The notes under the pieces are model-generated. The model made no database searches. It had not been told where the DNA came from and worked only from the letters and a program-made list of their open reading frames with translations. Below, piece after piece: positions 50,271-60,435 of a stretch of DNA of 64,000 nucleotides. The stretch spans positions 6,511 to 70,510 of the forward strand of contig CAJULG010000008.1 in the NCBI GenBank assembly GCA_910587045.1, written 5' to 3'. The stretch's first letter is position 1. The number at the start of each line of letters is the position of its first letter. The position numbers and the translations under genes were made by a program. Source of the DNA: an uncultured Lachnospiraceae bacterium. GTDB taxonomy: Bacteria > Bacillota > Clostridia > Lachnospirales > Lachnospiraceae.

Positions 50271-50403
50271 GAAGTAGAACCAAAAATGGAAAAATCATCC
50301 TGTAATTCATTACGTAAATGTGTTATTATGAATGCATGCGCGTAGAAATAGGGCAAAGTAATTAAATGAAGGAGAAAAGGGTAAGTATTACCTGCTTGGA
50401 GAG

Positions 50404-51810
50404 ATGGAAAAAGAAAAGAACAGACATTCATTTACGGGTTCAGTCGGATTCGTACTTGCGGCTGCCGGAAGTGCAGTGGGATTAGGGAATATCTGGCGGT
50501 TTCCTTATTTAGCAGCAAAAGACGGAGGCGGATTATTTCTGGTAATATATCTGTTTCTTGCACTGACCTTTGGGTTTGCTCTGCTGACGACAGAGATTTC
50601 CATAGGAAGGAAAACGAAGCAAAGTCCTTTGACTGCTTATAGTAAGGTAAAAAAAGGCTGGGGCTTTTTAGGTGTATTGGCATGTCTGGTGCCGGTCATC
50701 ATAATGCCCTATTATTGTGTGATCGGCGGATGGGTTGTGAAATATTTTGTAGCCTTTTTAACCGGTGAAGGTGTGGCGGCAGCGCAGGATGGATTTTTTT
50801 CCGATTTTATTGCTGCAGATGTACAACCTATTGTCATGATGCTGATCTTCCTGTTTGTTGTGGCATTTATCATATTCCGGGGAGTAGAAAAGGGAATTGA
50901 ATCTTCCTCCCGGATCATCATGCCGATTCTGTTATTGCTGGTAATCGGGATTGCGATATTTTCCATTACGATCCATCATACAGATGCAGAAGGCGTAACC
51001 AGGACGGGTCTGGAAGGCTTGCGGATTTATGTGGTTCCGAATCTGGAGGGCTTGACGGTAAAAGGCTTCTTTACGGTACTCCTGGACGCCATGGGACAGT
51101 TGTTTTTCAGCTTAAGTGTTGCTATGGGGATCATGATCGCCTATGGCTCCTACGTAAAGGATGATGCCAATCTGGTCAGCTCCATCAATCAGATAGAGAT
51201 ATTTGATACGGCAGTGGCATTTCTGGCTGGTGTCATGATCATACCTGCAGTGTATACTTTTATGGGAACAGAAGGAATGGCTGCATCCGGCCCGAGTCTG
51301 ATGTTTGTTTCCCTGCCGAAGGTATTCGCTGCCATGGGAAAGGCAGGAAATGTAATAGGTGCGTTGTTCTTTGCCATGGTATTATTTGCTGCCATTACCA
51401 GTGCCATGTCTGTTATGGAGGCAGTCGTTGCCAGTCTGATGGATAAGTTTCATATGTCCAGATTGAAAGCAACTGTGATTGAAACGGGAATTGCATTGGT
51501 CGGTGGAATTATTGTATGCCTGGGCTACAACAAGCTGTATTTCGATATTACCCTGCCGAATGGAGCACATGCAAAGATTCTGGATATTATGGATTATATC
51601 AGTAACAATGCCCTGATGCCGTTAGTAGCGATCGGAACCTGTATTCTGATCGGCTGGGTGGTAAAGCCGAAGTTCGTTATTGACGAAGTGGAGAAGGGCG
51701 GAAGCAGGATGGGACGAAAACAGTTATATGTTATAATGATCAAGTTTATCGCACCAATCCTTTTATTGATTTTGTTATTGAAATCACTCGGTATCCTGAC
51801 GGTGATATAA
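50404..51810 (+). CDS. sodium-dependent transporter (SNF/NSS family)
   Basis: 468 aa; hallmark AAGSAVGLGNIWRFPYLA; about 12 TM. Confidence 0.88.
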   Translation: MEKEKNRHSFTGSVGFVLAAAGSAVGLGNIWRFPYLAAKDGGGLFLVIYLFLALTFGFALLTTEISIGRKTKQSPLTAYSKVKKGWGFLGVLACLVPVIIMPYYCVIGGWVVKYFVAFLTGEGVAAAQDGFFSDFIAADVQPIVMMLIFLFVVAFIIFRGVEKGIESSSRIIMPILLLLVIGIAIFSITIHHTDAEGVTRTGLEGLRIYVVPNLEGLTVKGFFTVLLDAMGQLFFSLSVAMGIMIAYGSYVKDDANLVSSINQIEIFDTAVAFLAGVMIIPAVYTFMGTEGMAASGPSLMFVSLPKVFAAMGKAGNVIGALFFAMVLFAAITSAMSVMEAVVASLMDKFHMSRLKATVIETGIALVGGIIVCLGYNKLYFDITLPNGAHAKILDIMDYISNNALMPLVAIGTCILIGWVVKPKFVIDEVEKGGSRMGRKQLYVIMIKFIAPILLLILLLKSLGILTVI

Positions 51811-51832
51811 TGCTGTATGCGAAATAGAAAAC

Positions 51833-51877
51833 ATCCCCGCTGAGTTGACTGATATGCCTCTCAGCGGGGATATTTTA
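51833..51877. terminator. bidirectional terminator between convergent SNF and ABC permease genes
   Basis: Perfect 12-bp stem ATCCCCGCTGAG / CTCAGCGGGGAT, flanked by A/T-rich runs on both sides. Confidence 0.7.
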
Positions 51878-51890
51878 TTATGTGATAGTA

Positions 51891-53123
51891 TTACATACGA
51901 CGTAATGCTTCGATCGGGCTTAGCTTTGCCGCCTTTCGAGCCGGGTAGATACCAAAGAAGATTCCCACCACGGAGGAGAAAAGGGTTGCCAGCAGAACAG
52001 CGCCGATACTGATGGAAGGAGTAAAAGCATATTCCGGAGCCAGAGCGCCGATCAACCAACTGATGACCATAGCACCCAGAAATCCGAACACAATCCCCAG
52101 GATGCCCCCCAGCATAGTAATAATGGCAGATTCCGACAGGAATTGCAGCAGGATGGAGCCGGTCTTGGCCCCCAGAGATTTTCGGATGCCGATTTCCCGG
52201 GTTCGTTCGGTCACAGATACCAGCATGATATTCATAACACCTACCCCTCCCACCAGCAGGGAGATAGCAGCAACCAGGGAGATAAACAGGGTTATTACAT
52301 TAATGACCGTACTGATGGTTGACATAACATCACTAAAACTCTGGATGATAAATTTGTTTTCACCCTGACAGTCATGTCGGGCTTCCAGAATGTTGATGAT
52401 CTTATCGCAGGCCTCCTTTGCATTGGCGTTTTCATTTAACAGCACATTGCCCTGCTGACTGTAGAACAGGTCTGCATCGAAGCCCAGAGCGGCTTCCAGA
52501 CTGGTGAGAGGAAGATTCAGGAAAATAGGATCATTTTCAGAAGAATATGTGATCATGGAGGTGTTTTCCGGATAGGCAGTCAGTCCGATAATAGTATAGG
52601 TCAGTGTCCGGCCGTCTACCATGATATCCACAGGCATTCCGATGACGTCCGTATTTCCAAATAGCCGGATGGCGTCGCTTTCCGAGAGATAACAGACCAT
52701 CTTTGCATCGTTATATTCATCCTCATTGAAGTACCGGCCCTGGGTTAGAACCGCATATTGCTCGAATAAATAGGTGTCCGTCTGGCATCCGTAGGCATTA
52801 CCGGTAAAGTCTCCCTTCGGGGTAGAGATGGTACCTTCAAAGCCGAAGGCAAAGAGGTATGCATCAACCTCCTCCATCTCTTCCTTTAGGTATTCCAGAT
52901 CTTCCTGCGTAATGGGATCCTCCATGGACATGATCGCCACCTGCCCGGTTCCGATACTGTCTAACTGTCCGGTTATCATATTCTTTGCTCCGTTTCCGAG
53001 GGACATAATAAGGATGACGGAGGAAATTCCGATGATGATCCCCAGCATCGTCAGCAGAGATCGGATTTTATTGGAAAGGATATTAAAGAATGCCATCTTT
53101 ATGTATTCTAGTAATTGTGACAT
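51891..53123 (-). CDS. ABC transporter permease (MacB/FtsX-like)
   Basis: 410 aa; MacB_PCD-like extracytoplasmic domain between TM1 and a C-terminal FtsX 3-TM bundle (RTREIGIRKSLGA). Confidence 0.85.
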   Translation of the reverse strand: MSQLLEYIKMAFFNILSNKIRSLLTMLGIIIGISSVILIMSLGNGAKNMITGQLDSIGTGQVAIMSMEDPITQEDLEYLKEEMEEVDAYLFAFGFEGTISTPKGDFTGNAYGCQTDTYLFEQYAVLTQGRYFNEDEYNDAKMVCYLSESDAIRLFGNTDVIGMPVDIMVDGRTLTYTIIGLTAYPENTSMITYSSENDPIFLNLPLTSLEAALGFDADLFYSQQGNVLLNENANAKEACDKIINILEARHDCQGENKFIIQSFSDVMSTISTVINVITLFISLVAAISLLVGGVGVMNIMLVSVTERTREIGIRKSLGAKTGSILLQFLSESAIITMLGGILGIVFGFLGAMVISWLIGALAPEYAFTPSISIGAVLLATLFSSVVGIFFGIYPARKAAKLSPIEALRRM

Positions 53124-53137
53124 ATCAGTTCCTCCTG

Positions 53138-54685
53138 CTACCGGGAATTATCTGTTCCGTTGACGACATCTGCATCCGGCGAAAGCGGGATAACAGGAAT
53201 GCCATTTTTATATTGTTCTGTTGTCATGGCAGTAATATCGGTTACTACCATGGCATCTGCATCAATTCCGCTCAGGATTTCACAATCTGTAACATCACTG
53301 ACGCCGGTGGTAATGTGTTTCTTAACAATCCGGTTATCCTCTACGACAAATACGAATTTTCCTTCTGTATCTGCATTGACTGCCAGATTTGGTATGGTTA
53401 ATACATCATGAACGGAAGCAGTATGAATGACCACCTTTGCATCCAGTCCGAGGATGATAAAGTCATCCGGATTCAGGATCGTAATCTCCGCTTCCACGGT
53501 AGTTGTATTATTCATGCCGGTGGTAGCCATCCGACTGATATAGGTTACTTCACCTTTGTATTCCCGCTCCAGGATGGTGACAGTGGCCTCCTGTCCGAGT
53601 GTAGCTGTCTCAAGATCCTTTTTGGATAATGGCACTGTGATCTTAAGACTGTTGCTGTCTGCAATGGTGAATAATGGAATACCAGGCGCAGTAGAAGCCC
53701 CCCTGGTAATATCGACAGAGGTAATAATACCATCCCGGTCTGCAACAATGCCTGCTTTTCCTTCCTCTAATGAGGTGGCAGCCGCCTCTACCTGCAGAGA
53801 GGAAAGCTGATTTGTGATATTTAACTGTTCTCGCTGCGTTGCAGTCAGAATACCGGCCTTTGCGCTCTCCACCAATGATTCCTGTGTTGCTAACTGGCTT
53901 TGCAGATTGGCCAGTTCATTGGATTTAGCAGTTAAGATATTGGCAATGGAATCTGTTTCCGTCGGGATACTGTTAGAGATGGCCTCTAAGTTGCTGATGG
54001 CGGAAGTCAGGGTATCCCGTTCCGCACATTTTGTAATATAATCCACTTCCTTAGTTAAATCTGTTCCTTCCGGATTGTTATCGATCATTGTCTGAATTTC
54101 TTCTAATACCAGAGAAAGGCGGTTTCTTTTTTCGGCAATGGCAGAAGTAAAATCCATAGTGCTTTCATCTACGGAGGTATTGGACTGTAATGTGGCAATC
54201 TCATTTTCAAGTGTTGTGATCCTGGCTTTTAAAGAGGTTACATTTGCTTTTGCCTGCTCCAGATCCGAACTGGTTTTGTTGGAAGCTTCTATTGTACTCT
54301 GATTGGTGAGCTGGGTCGAGCGTGCATTCAGGGAAGCCTGATTGTACTGCTCCTCCAGACTGGTGATGTCAAAGGTCAGGATCGGATCTCCGGCTGATAC
54401 CGGCTGACCGGGCCGGATATGGATATCCTTGACGGCTGCTGACACGGAAGTCGTATAGGTAGTGATATCAGCACTGGACACAGTTCCGCTGGTGACAATG
54501 GAAGAATTAAGATCCTTTATTACCGGCGTCATCACGTTGACCGGTACTCCCGTATTGCCGGTAAAATTCTTAAATAAGATTGTTATGACAATGATTAGAA
54601 TAATAATAAAAGCAAGTACAGCTCCACCCACGATCAGGGCGATTTTTTTACCGGATGCTTTCTTTTTTCCTGTAGTTTCTGACAT
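53138..54685 (-). CDS. efflux adaptor subunit (HlyD/MacA-like membrane fusion protein)
   Basis: 515 aa; N-terminal TM, long coiled-coil hairpin, biotinyl-lipoyl-like and beta-barrel segments. Lies between the ABC ATPase and permease genes. Confidence 0.8.
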   Translation of the reverse strand: MSETTGKKKASGKKIALIVGGAVLAFIIILIIVITILFKNFTGNTGVPVNVMTPVIKDLNSSIVTSGTVSSADITTYTTSVSAAVKDIHIRPGQPVSAGDPILTFDITSLEEQYNQASLNARSTQLTNQSTIEASNKTSSDLEQAKANVTSLKARITTLENEIATLQSNTSVDESTMDFTSAIAEKRNRLSLVLEEIQTMIDNNPEGTDLTKEVDYITKCAERDTLTSAISNLEAISNSIPTETDSIANILTAKSNELANLQSQLATQESLVESAKAGILTATQREQLNITNQLSSLQVEAAATSLEEGKAGIVADRDGIITSVDITRGASTAPGIPLFTIADSNSLKITVPLSKKDLETATLGQEATVTILEREYKGEVTYISRMATTGMNNTTTVEAEITILNPDDFIILGLDAKVVIHTASVHDVLTIPNLAVNADTEGKFVFVVEDNRIVKKHITTGVSDVTDCEILSGIDADAMVVTDITAMTTEQYKNGIPVIPLSPDADVVNGTDNSR

Positions 54686-54696
54686 AAGATCCCTCC

Positions 54697-55386
54697 TTAA
54701 TTCTCTCTGGTGATGTCGGATTCGACTTTTCCGTCCATGATCCGAACCACCCGTTTGGCATTCGCTGCAATCTGGTCGTCGTGAGTGATCAGGATCACGG
54801 TACGACCGGTATCGTGCAGCTCATGCAGTATATTCATGATCTCCTTTGTGGAAGTTGAATCCAGATTACCGGTTGGTTCATCGGCCAGAATTACCGGCGG
54901 TCTGGCGGCTATGGCTCTGGCAATGGCAACCCGCTGCTGTTGGCCTCCGCTCATTTCTGCAGGCTTATGCTTCATCCGGTTCTCCAGTCCGACCATGCGG
55001 AGGGCTTCCGTAGCATATTTTAGACGTTCTCCTGCCGGCAGTCCCCGGTAGATCAGAGGGAGAGCCACATTTTCAATGGCGGTCAGGTTTGAGATCAGGT
55101 TGAATCCCTGGAAGATAAACCCGATCTGCTGATTCCGGATTTCAGAAAGTGCATTATCACTTAATGAGGAGACATCCTGACCAGACAGGATATAGGTTCC
55201 TGAGGTCGGAATATCCAGACACCCCAGCAGATTCATAAGTGTGGATTTTCCGGATCCGGACTGGCCAATGATCGCAACAAACTCTCCGGCATAGATGTCT
55301 AAGGAAACGTCATCCAATGCCCGGACCTCGTTTTCTCCCGGATTATAGATTTTCATAATATGTTCAATATGTATCAATGCATCCAT
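54697..55386 (-). CDS. ABC transporter ATP-binding protein (MacB-type ATPase)
   Basis: Walker [10 protein letters not shown], signature [14 protein letters not shown], Walker [12 protein letters not shown]. The ATG at 55386 follows AAAGGAG. Confidence 0.9.
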   Translation of the reverse strand: MDALIHIEHIMKIYNPGENEVRALDDVSLDIYAGEFVAIIGQSGSGKSTLMNLLGCLDIPTSGTYILSGQDVSSLSDNALSEIRNQQIGFIFQGFNLISNLTAIENVALPLIYRGLPAGERLKYATEALRMVGLENRMKHKPAEMSGGQQQRVAIARAIAARPPVILADEPTGNLDSTSTKEIMNILHELHDTGRTVILITHDDQIAANAKRVVRIMDGKVESDITREN

Positions 55387-55539
55387 ACAGGACTCCTTTC
55401 GTTTGATCGCATTTATCATACAATAGTTAAGATTATTATTGAAGGAGAGAAGGACATGTGAAAAGATTTCTTAAGTTATGTAAATATTTTGTAAGAAAAT
55501 CAGGTTGAGAATATATACCGGATGTTTATAAGAACAGGA

Positions 55540-55568
55540 TTGTCTTATTACTTTCGACATAGTATAAT
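55540..55568 (+). promoter_or_regulatory. candidate promoter of the MATE gene
   Basis: TTGTCT (55540-55545), 17-nt spacer, TATAAT (55563-55568). Confidence 0.5.
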
Positions 55569-55575
55569 TGTGCTG

Positions 55576-55665
55576 GCATCAGTTCCGGGAGGAGTATGGT
55601 AGATACTGTATCGCCGGTGTCCGGTCTCACATTGTATTATCCCGGGAACACGCGGCGGCTGATGC
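55576..55665 (+). promoter_or_regulatory. candidate structured 5' leader (multi-stem junction) upstream of MATE gene
   Basis: Closing pairings GCATCAG (55576-55582)/CTGATGC (55659-55665) and GTTCCGGGA/TCCCGGGAAC (55582-55590 with 55640-55649). Internal hairpins AGTAT-N5-ATACT and CCGG-TGT-CCGG. Confidence 0.35.
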
Positions 55666-55708
55666 TTTTGTTGTGCAAAGGCACAAGGAAAGGCATGGAT
55701 GACATAGA

Positions 55709-57046
55709 ATGAATCGGGATCTGACAAAAGGAAATGTTACAGGCTCCATGCTGCTGTTTGCCGGCCCCATGATCGTCGGGAATCTGCTGCAGCAGTGTTA
55801 TAATATTGCCGATACCTGGGTGGTGGGGAAGTATCTGGGAACAGACGCTTTGGGAGCGGTGGGTTCTGCCTATACGCTTATGACATTTTTGACTTCTATA
55901 TTGATCGGTTTATGTATGGGAAGCGGTGCGGTATTTTCATTTTATTATGGCAGACAGGACAGGAAGAGAATGAAATGCAGTATGCAGGCATCTTTTGTTC
56001 TGATCGGAATCATTACTATCAGCCTCAATGTTTTGATTTATTTGTTGTTAAGGCCGATTCTCTGCCTGCTGCATGTGCCGGCAAAACTTATGGAAATGAT
56101 GTATGAATATGTACAGATCATTTTGCTGGGGCTGTTTTTTATCTTTTTATATAATTATTTTTCCTACCTTCTGCGTGCGGTAGGAAATTCAATGGTACCC
56201 TTATGTTTTCTGGGAGTAACTGCAAGTCTGAATATAATTCTGGATCTGCTGTTTGTTCTGGGATTTCAGTGGGGGATTGGCGGAGCGGCGGCAGCTACTG
56301 TAATTTCCCAGGCAGTTGCCGGCATAGGGATCGCTGCCTATACCTGGATAAAGGAGAAATCACTGCGATTTGACAGAAACGGGTTTCTATTTGAAACCGG
56401 AACAGTAGCTGAAATCCTTCGTTCATCTATAGCAGCTTCCCTGCAGCAGTCCGTGATGAACTTTGGGATCCTGATGATACAGGGACTGGTAAACAGCTTC
56501 GGTGCAGGTGTCATGGCGGCGTTTGCAGCAGCTGTGAAAATAGATTCCTTTGCTTATATGCCTGCCCAGGAATTTGGAAATGCATTTTCATTATTTGTTT
56601 CACAAAATTATGGAGCAGGGAATCTGGACAGGATCAGGCAGGGAACCCGGAGTGCAATGAAGCTTTCTCTTCTGTTTTGCCTGTTGATATCCCTGTTGGT
56701 ATTCGGCTTGGCAGGATATCTGATGCAGATCTTTGTAGATCCTTCCGAGATAGAAATTATTGCAATCGGTGTAGAATATCTCAGGATTGAAGGGGCATTT
56801 TACTGCGGGATCGGTATACTGTTCTTATTATATGGTTATTTCCGGGGAATAAACCGGCCAGGCTTTTCCCTTATGCTTACAATTATTTCTCTGGGAACCA
56901 GAGTTCTTTTCGCCTATCTTTTGTCACCGGTAGAATGGATCGGGGTGCAGGGAATCTGGTGGGCAATCCCTGCAGGCTGGCTGTTGGCAGATGGTATTGG
57001 AATCGCCTGTATGCGATCCAAGGGTCTGTGTTTGAATCATGAATGA
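55709..57046 (+). CDS. MATE family efflux transporter
   Basis: 445 aa, 12 TM; N-terminal LTKGNVTGSMLLFAGPMIVGNLLQQCYNIADTWVVG is typical of MATE/NorM-like proteins. Confidence 0.88.
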   Translation: MNRDLTKGNVTGSMLLFAGPMIVGNLLQQCYNIADTWVVGKYLGTDALGAVGSAYTLMTFLTSILIGLCMGSGAVFSFYYGRQDRKRMKCSMQASFVLIGIITISLNVLIYLLLRPILCLLHVPAKLMEMMYEYVQIILLGLFFIFLYNYFSYLLRAVGNSMVPLCFLGVTASLNIILDLLFVLGFQWGIGGAAAATVISQAVAGIGIAAYTWIKEKSLRFDRNGFLFETGTVAEILRSSIAASLQQSVMNFGILMIQGLVNSFGAGVMAAFAAAVKIDSFAYMPAQEFGNAFSLFVSQNYGAGNLDRIRQGTRSAMKLSLLFCLLISLLVFGLAGYLMQIFVDPSEIEIIAIGVEYLRIEGAFYCGIGILFLLYGYFRGINRPGFSLMLTIISLGTRVLFAYLLSPVEWIGVQGIWWAIPAGWLLADGIGIACMRSKGLCLNHE

Positions 57047-57098
57047 TAATAACATCTCCCATGTTATGTGAATATATTGCATATAGGGAGGATATCGT

Positions 57099-57908
57099 AT
57101 GAATGATGTTGTGATAATGGCACTCCTTGCAACGCTGGGTACATGGCTGATTACTGCGCTGGGTGCTGCAACGGTAGTGTTTTTTAAAAAGCCGAATCCC
57201 AGGGGGTTGAACCTGATGCTGGGTTTTGCTGCAGGGGTTATGATTGCTGCCAGTTTCTGGTCGCTGCTCCAGCCTGCGATCGAACGGGCGGAGGCCATCG
57301 CGACGCTGCCGGCCTGCCTGGTTGCAACAGGAGGATTTTTATGCGGAGCGTTTTTTATGTGGGTATCCGATAAGGTGGTATGCTATGCGCGCAGACGAGT
57401 GGGTGGCAGTTGTACAGGAGATCGACCGGATGATTGTCTGAACCGGATCATAATGCTGATCTTATCTATTACGCTTCATAATATTCCGGAAGGTCTTGCA
57501 GTCGGAGTAGCATTTGGAACACTGCAAAATGCAAATGCATCTATCGAAGGCCTGATGGGTGCGGTTACAGTTGCAGTCGGGATCGGTCTGCAGAATTTCC
57601 CGGAAGGTGCAGCAGTTTCCATTCCTCTTCGAAGAGAAGGATATTCCCGTACAAAGAGCTTTCTGTTAGGGCAGGCTTCCGGTATTGTGGAGCCGGTTGC
57701 CGGTGTGATCGGTGCATTGATGGTGGTTCATATGGAAGCGATCCTGCCATTTGCACTTTCCTTTGCTGCTGGTGCCATGATCCTGGTAGCAGTGCATGAA
57801 CTGATTCCGGAAAGTCAGAAGAATCAGGATACACAGCCCTACTTTGCGACTATGGGGATTGTACTGGGCTTTGCTGTTATGATGCTGCTTGATGTTATGC
57901 TGGGTTAA
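57099..57908 (+). CDS. ZIP family metal transporter (ZupT-like)
   Basis: 269 aa; signature HNIPEGLAVG and QNFPEGAAVS. Confidence 0.88.
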   Translation: MNDVVIMALLATLGTWLITALGAATVVFFKKPNPRGLNLMLGFAAGVMIAASFWSLLQPAIERAEAIATLPACLVATGGFLCGAFFMWVSDKVVCYARRRVGGSCTGDRPDDCLNRIIMLILSITLHNIPEGLAVGVAFGTLQNANASIEGLMGAVTVAVGIGLQNFPEGAAVSIPLRREGYSRTKSFLLGQASGIVEPVAGVIGALMVVHMEAILPFALSFAAGAMILVAVHELIPESQKNQDTQPYFATMGIVLGFAVMMLLDVMLG

Positions 57909-57941
57909 CAGGAAATTTCATATTCAGATGATGAACGAAGC

Positions 57942-57978
57942 TGCCAGTCCGATTGACCTTTCGGACTGGCAATTTTTT
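57942..57978 (+). terminator. rho-independent terminator after ZIP gene
   Basis: TGCCAGTCCGA / TCGGACTGGCA stem followed by ATTTTTT. Confidence 0.8.
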
Positions 57979-58036
57979 GCGTGAAGCCCATAAAGCATAT
58001 TTTGTCCGATTGTGCAGAAAGAGAATTAATTTCGGG

Positions 58037-58089
58037 TTGACTTATTTGTCTATACATGATAGACTAAAAGTGTCTATAAGATATAGACA
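58037..58089 (+). promoter_or_regulatory. promoter with two BlaI/MecI-type operator palindromes
   Basis: TTGACT (58037-58042), 17 nt, TAGACT (58060-58065). Palindromes GTCTAT-N5-ATAGAC (58048-58064) and TGTCTATA-N3-TATAGACA (58071-58089). Confidence 0.6.
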
Positions 58090-58139
58090 AAAGAAATGAA
58101 CATTTATTACAGGATTGGAAGATACAGGGAGGAAACAGA

Positions 58140-58496
58140 ATGGAGGATTATACATTAGGAACCATTGAGAGCAGATTTGCAGACATTATCTGGGAGCATG
58201 CACCATTAAGCACCAGTGAACTGATCAGTCTGTGCGAGGACGCATTAGGCTGGAAACGTACAACGACCTATACGGTATTAAAGAAGCTGAGTGATCGCGG
58301 GCTTTTCGAGAATCAGGGAGGAACGGTAATCGTGAAGCTTAGCAAGGAAGAGTTTTATGCAAGGCAAAGCGAGTGTTATGTTGACCAGTCCTTTCAGGGA
58401 TCCCTGCCGGGGTTTCTGGCAGCATTTACTTCACGCAGGAAGCTTAACCAGAAGGAGATACAGGAATTGCAAAGGATCATTGATGCGAACCGCTAG
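58140..58496 (+). CDS. BlaI/MecI/CopY family transcriptional repressor
   Basis: 118 aa winged-helix protein (penicillinase repressor family), followed directly by an M56 peptidase gene. Confidence 0.85.
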   Translation: MEDYTLGTIESRFADIIWEHAPLSTSELISLCEDALGWKRTTTYTVLKKLSDRGLFENQGGTVIVKLSKEEFYARQSECYVDQSFQGSLPGFLAAFTSRRKLNQKEIQELQRIIDANR

Positions 58497-58511
58497 GAAA
58501 GGAGGAGTTAT

Positions 58512-60260
58512 ATGGAAATCTACATAACACAGCTTTTGAATATCAGCTATCAGGCGGCGATGATCATCTGTATTATTCTATTGGCAAGACAGGTGTTTTC
58601 CTGGATGCGGGTACCGAAGCGGTTCAGTTTTTTATTATGGCTTATACCGTTCCTTCGGATGCTGATTCCCTGGACGGTCGAAAGTGGTTTTAGTCTGTTG
58701 CCGACCCGGGCGCTTGGTCATCTGCTGCATCATTTGTTTGCAAAGACGGAACCGGAAAGCGGCGGCATCATCTCCCGGACTGTTTCTTACATGCAGAATC
58801 CCGGTGTACCTGCAATATCTCCAACAGCAGGCGGAACCCTTCTGACCGTACCGGAATCCGTTCCGATCGAATCCTCAGATACCATATGGTCCTGGTGTTT
58901 CATTATGGGAATGATCTGGCTGGCAGGTTTTCTCGGTCTTATGGTCTACAGTCTGCTTTCCTACTGGCATCTGAAGCGGAGGTTGACCTGCAGTATGCAT
59001 AAGGAGGGAAATATTTATCTGGCTGACCATATTACCACTCCATTTGTATTGGGTATATGGAAGCCGAGGATTTACCTGCCTTCGAATATTCAGGAACAGG
59101 AGCTTGCTTATGTGATCGCCCATGAGCAGATCCACATACGAAGAAGAGACCCGTTCCTAAAGATACTGGCATTTTTGATCACCGGTATTCACTGGTTTAA
59201 TCCGCTGGCGTGGGTTGCCTTTATCAATATGAGCAAGGATATGGAGTTATCCTGTGACGAAGCGGTCATGCAGCAGATCGGGGGAGACTGCAGGGAGGCT
59301 TATGCATCTGCTTTGCTGGAATTTACAACCGGAAAGGAGATACTTTCCGGGATGCCCCTTGCATTTGGAGAAAAAAATACGAAAAGGAGGATTCAGAATA
59401 TTATGAAATATAAAAAACCACTTACGATCACATGTGTATTTGCTGTACTGGCACTGATCGTGCTGGGAATCGGATTGTTAACCAGTCCAAAGCCGGATGC
59501 ACTACCAGAACCTCCGGAAAATCAGGTTCCGGCCGGGGAGAACAGCGAGCAGAACATGGATGCGGATCAAATGAAATTAGAGAACCTGGCGGAACAAATG
59601 AAGGCGCTGGCAGAACTTACAGATCAGAAAACGGAGGAATTGGAGCATCTTATGGAACAAAAAAAGGTGCTGGAGGAACTGATAGCTGAAAAAGAGAAGG
59701 AGAGGGAGAGTCTTACAGAACAACAGAAGGATTCAGAAGATCTTCACAGAATAGACGAAGAGTTAGAGAGCCTTATAAAAGAAAAGAATGCGTTGGAAGA
59801 CCATATCGCTCAGAATAAGACAGAACTGGAGAGCCTTGCAGAAGAAAAGAAGGCGCTGGAAGACCTTACGGATCAGGAAGGAAAGGATTCTGATAATTTA
59901 CAGATGCTCAATTCCGGATTATATGCCATGGGAATGGAGGAAGAAGGACTGACTGCAACCGGAGGAACGATACAGATTTATAATCATTCGGATGCAGAGA
60001 TTACCTTTGGTGATGATTATTCCCTGTGGAGGCTGGAGCAGGAGCAATGGGTGCCGGTGCCATATATACTGGAGAACTGGGCATTTAATCTGCCGGCTTA
60101 TCCGGTCGGGAGCGGAAAGATGAGAACACAGGAATTAGATTGGGAATGGCTGTACGGAAAACTGGAGTCCGGAACGTATCTTTTGAAAAAACCGGTTCTG
60201 GTTCCGGGAGAGGCGGAAGGATATGACAAAATAGAATTGGGAATTCAGTTTACGTTGTAA
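58512..60260 (+). CDS. M56 family (BlaR1-like) membrane metalloprotease/sensor with coiled-coil and non-PBP C-terminal domain
   Basis: N-terminal TM domain with HEQIH zinc motif, an additional TM, a Glu/Leu/Lys-rich coiled-coil with internal sequence repeats, and a C-terminal beta-rich domain. No SxxK transpeptidase-like motif was noticed. Confidence 0.8.
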   Translation: MEIYITQLLNISYQAAMIICIILLARQVFSWMRVPKRFSFLLWLIPFLRMLIPWTVESGFSLLPTRALGHLLHHLFAKTEPESGGIISRTVSYMQNPGVPAISPTAGGTLLTVPESVPIESSDTIWSWCFIMGMIWLAGFLGLMVYSLLSYWHLKRRLTCSMHKEGNIYLADHITTPFVLGIWKPRIYLPSNIQEQELAYVIAHEQIHIRRRDPFLKILAFLITGIHWFNPLAWVAFINMSKDMELSCDEAVMQQIGGDCREAYASALLEFTTGKEILSGMPLAFGEKNTKRRIQNIMKYKKPLTITCVFAVLALIVLGIGLLTSPKPDALPEPPENQVPAGENSEQNMDADQMKLENLAEQMKALAELTDQKTEELEHLMEQKKVLEELIAEKEKERESLTEQQKDSEDLHRIDEELESLIKEKNALEDHIAQNKTELESLAEEKKALEDLTDQEGKDSDNLQMLNSGLYAMGMEEEGLTATGGTIQIYNHSDAEITFGDDYSLWRLEQEQWVPVPYILENWAFNLPAYPVGSGKMRTQELDWEWLYGKLESGTYLLKKPVLVPGEAEGYDKIELGIQFTL

Positions 60261-60279
60261 TTGTGGAAACATAGCAGAA

Positions 60280-60330
60280 AGAGGATGGTCATATATTTAG
60301 AACAGGAGTATAGGACCGTCCTTTTCTTTG
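60280..60330 (+). terminator. possible terminator after blaR1-like gene
   Basis: AGAGGATGGTC / GACCGTCCTTT imperfect stem with a long loop, followed by TTTTCTTT. Confidence 0.4.
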
Positions 60331-60435
60331 TGATCCGGCAGGTGGAGAAGAGAGGGAAATCTTGACAATTTTCATTGATTATGCTAGCCTGATTTGAGAA
60401 TATTGTCATATAATCAGTTAAAAAAGGGGAAGAGT

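Noticed and set aside
60261-60435. Possible glycine riboswitch upstream of the alanine/glycine symporter
   Set aside because: No tandem aptamer signature (GGAGAG...CACCG...CTCTGGAGAG-like blocks) could be recognised. Only promoter-like and terminator-like elements are present.
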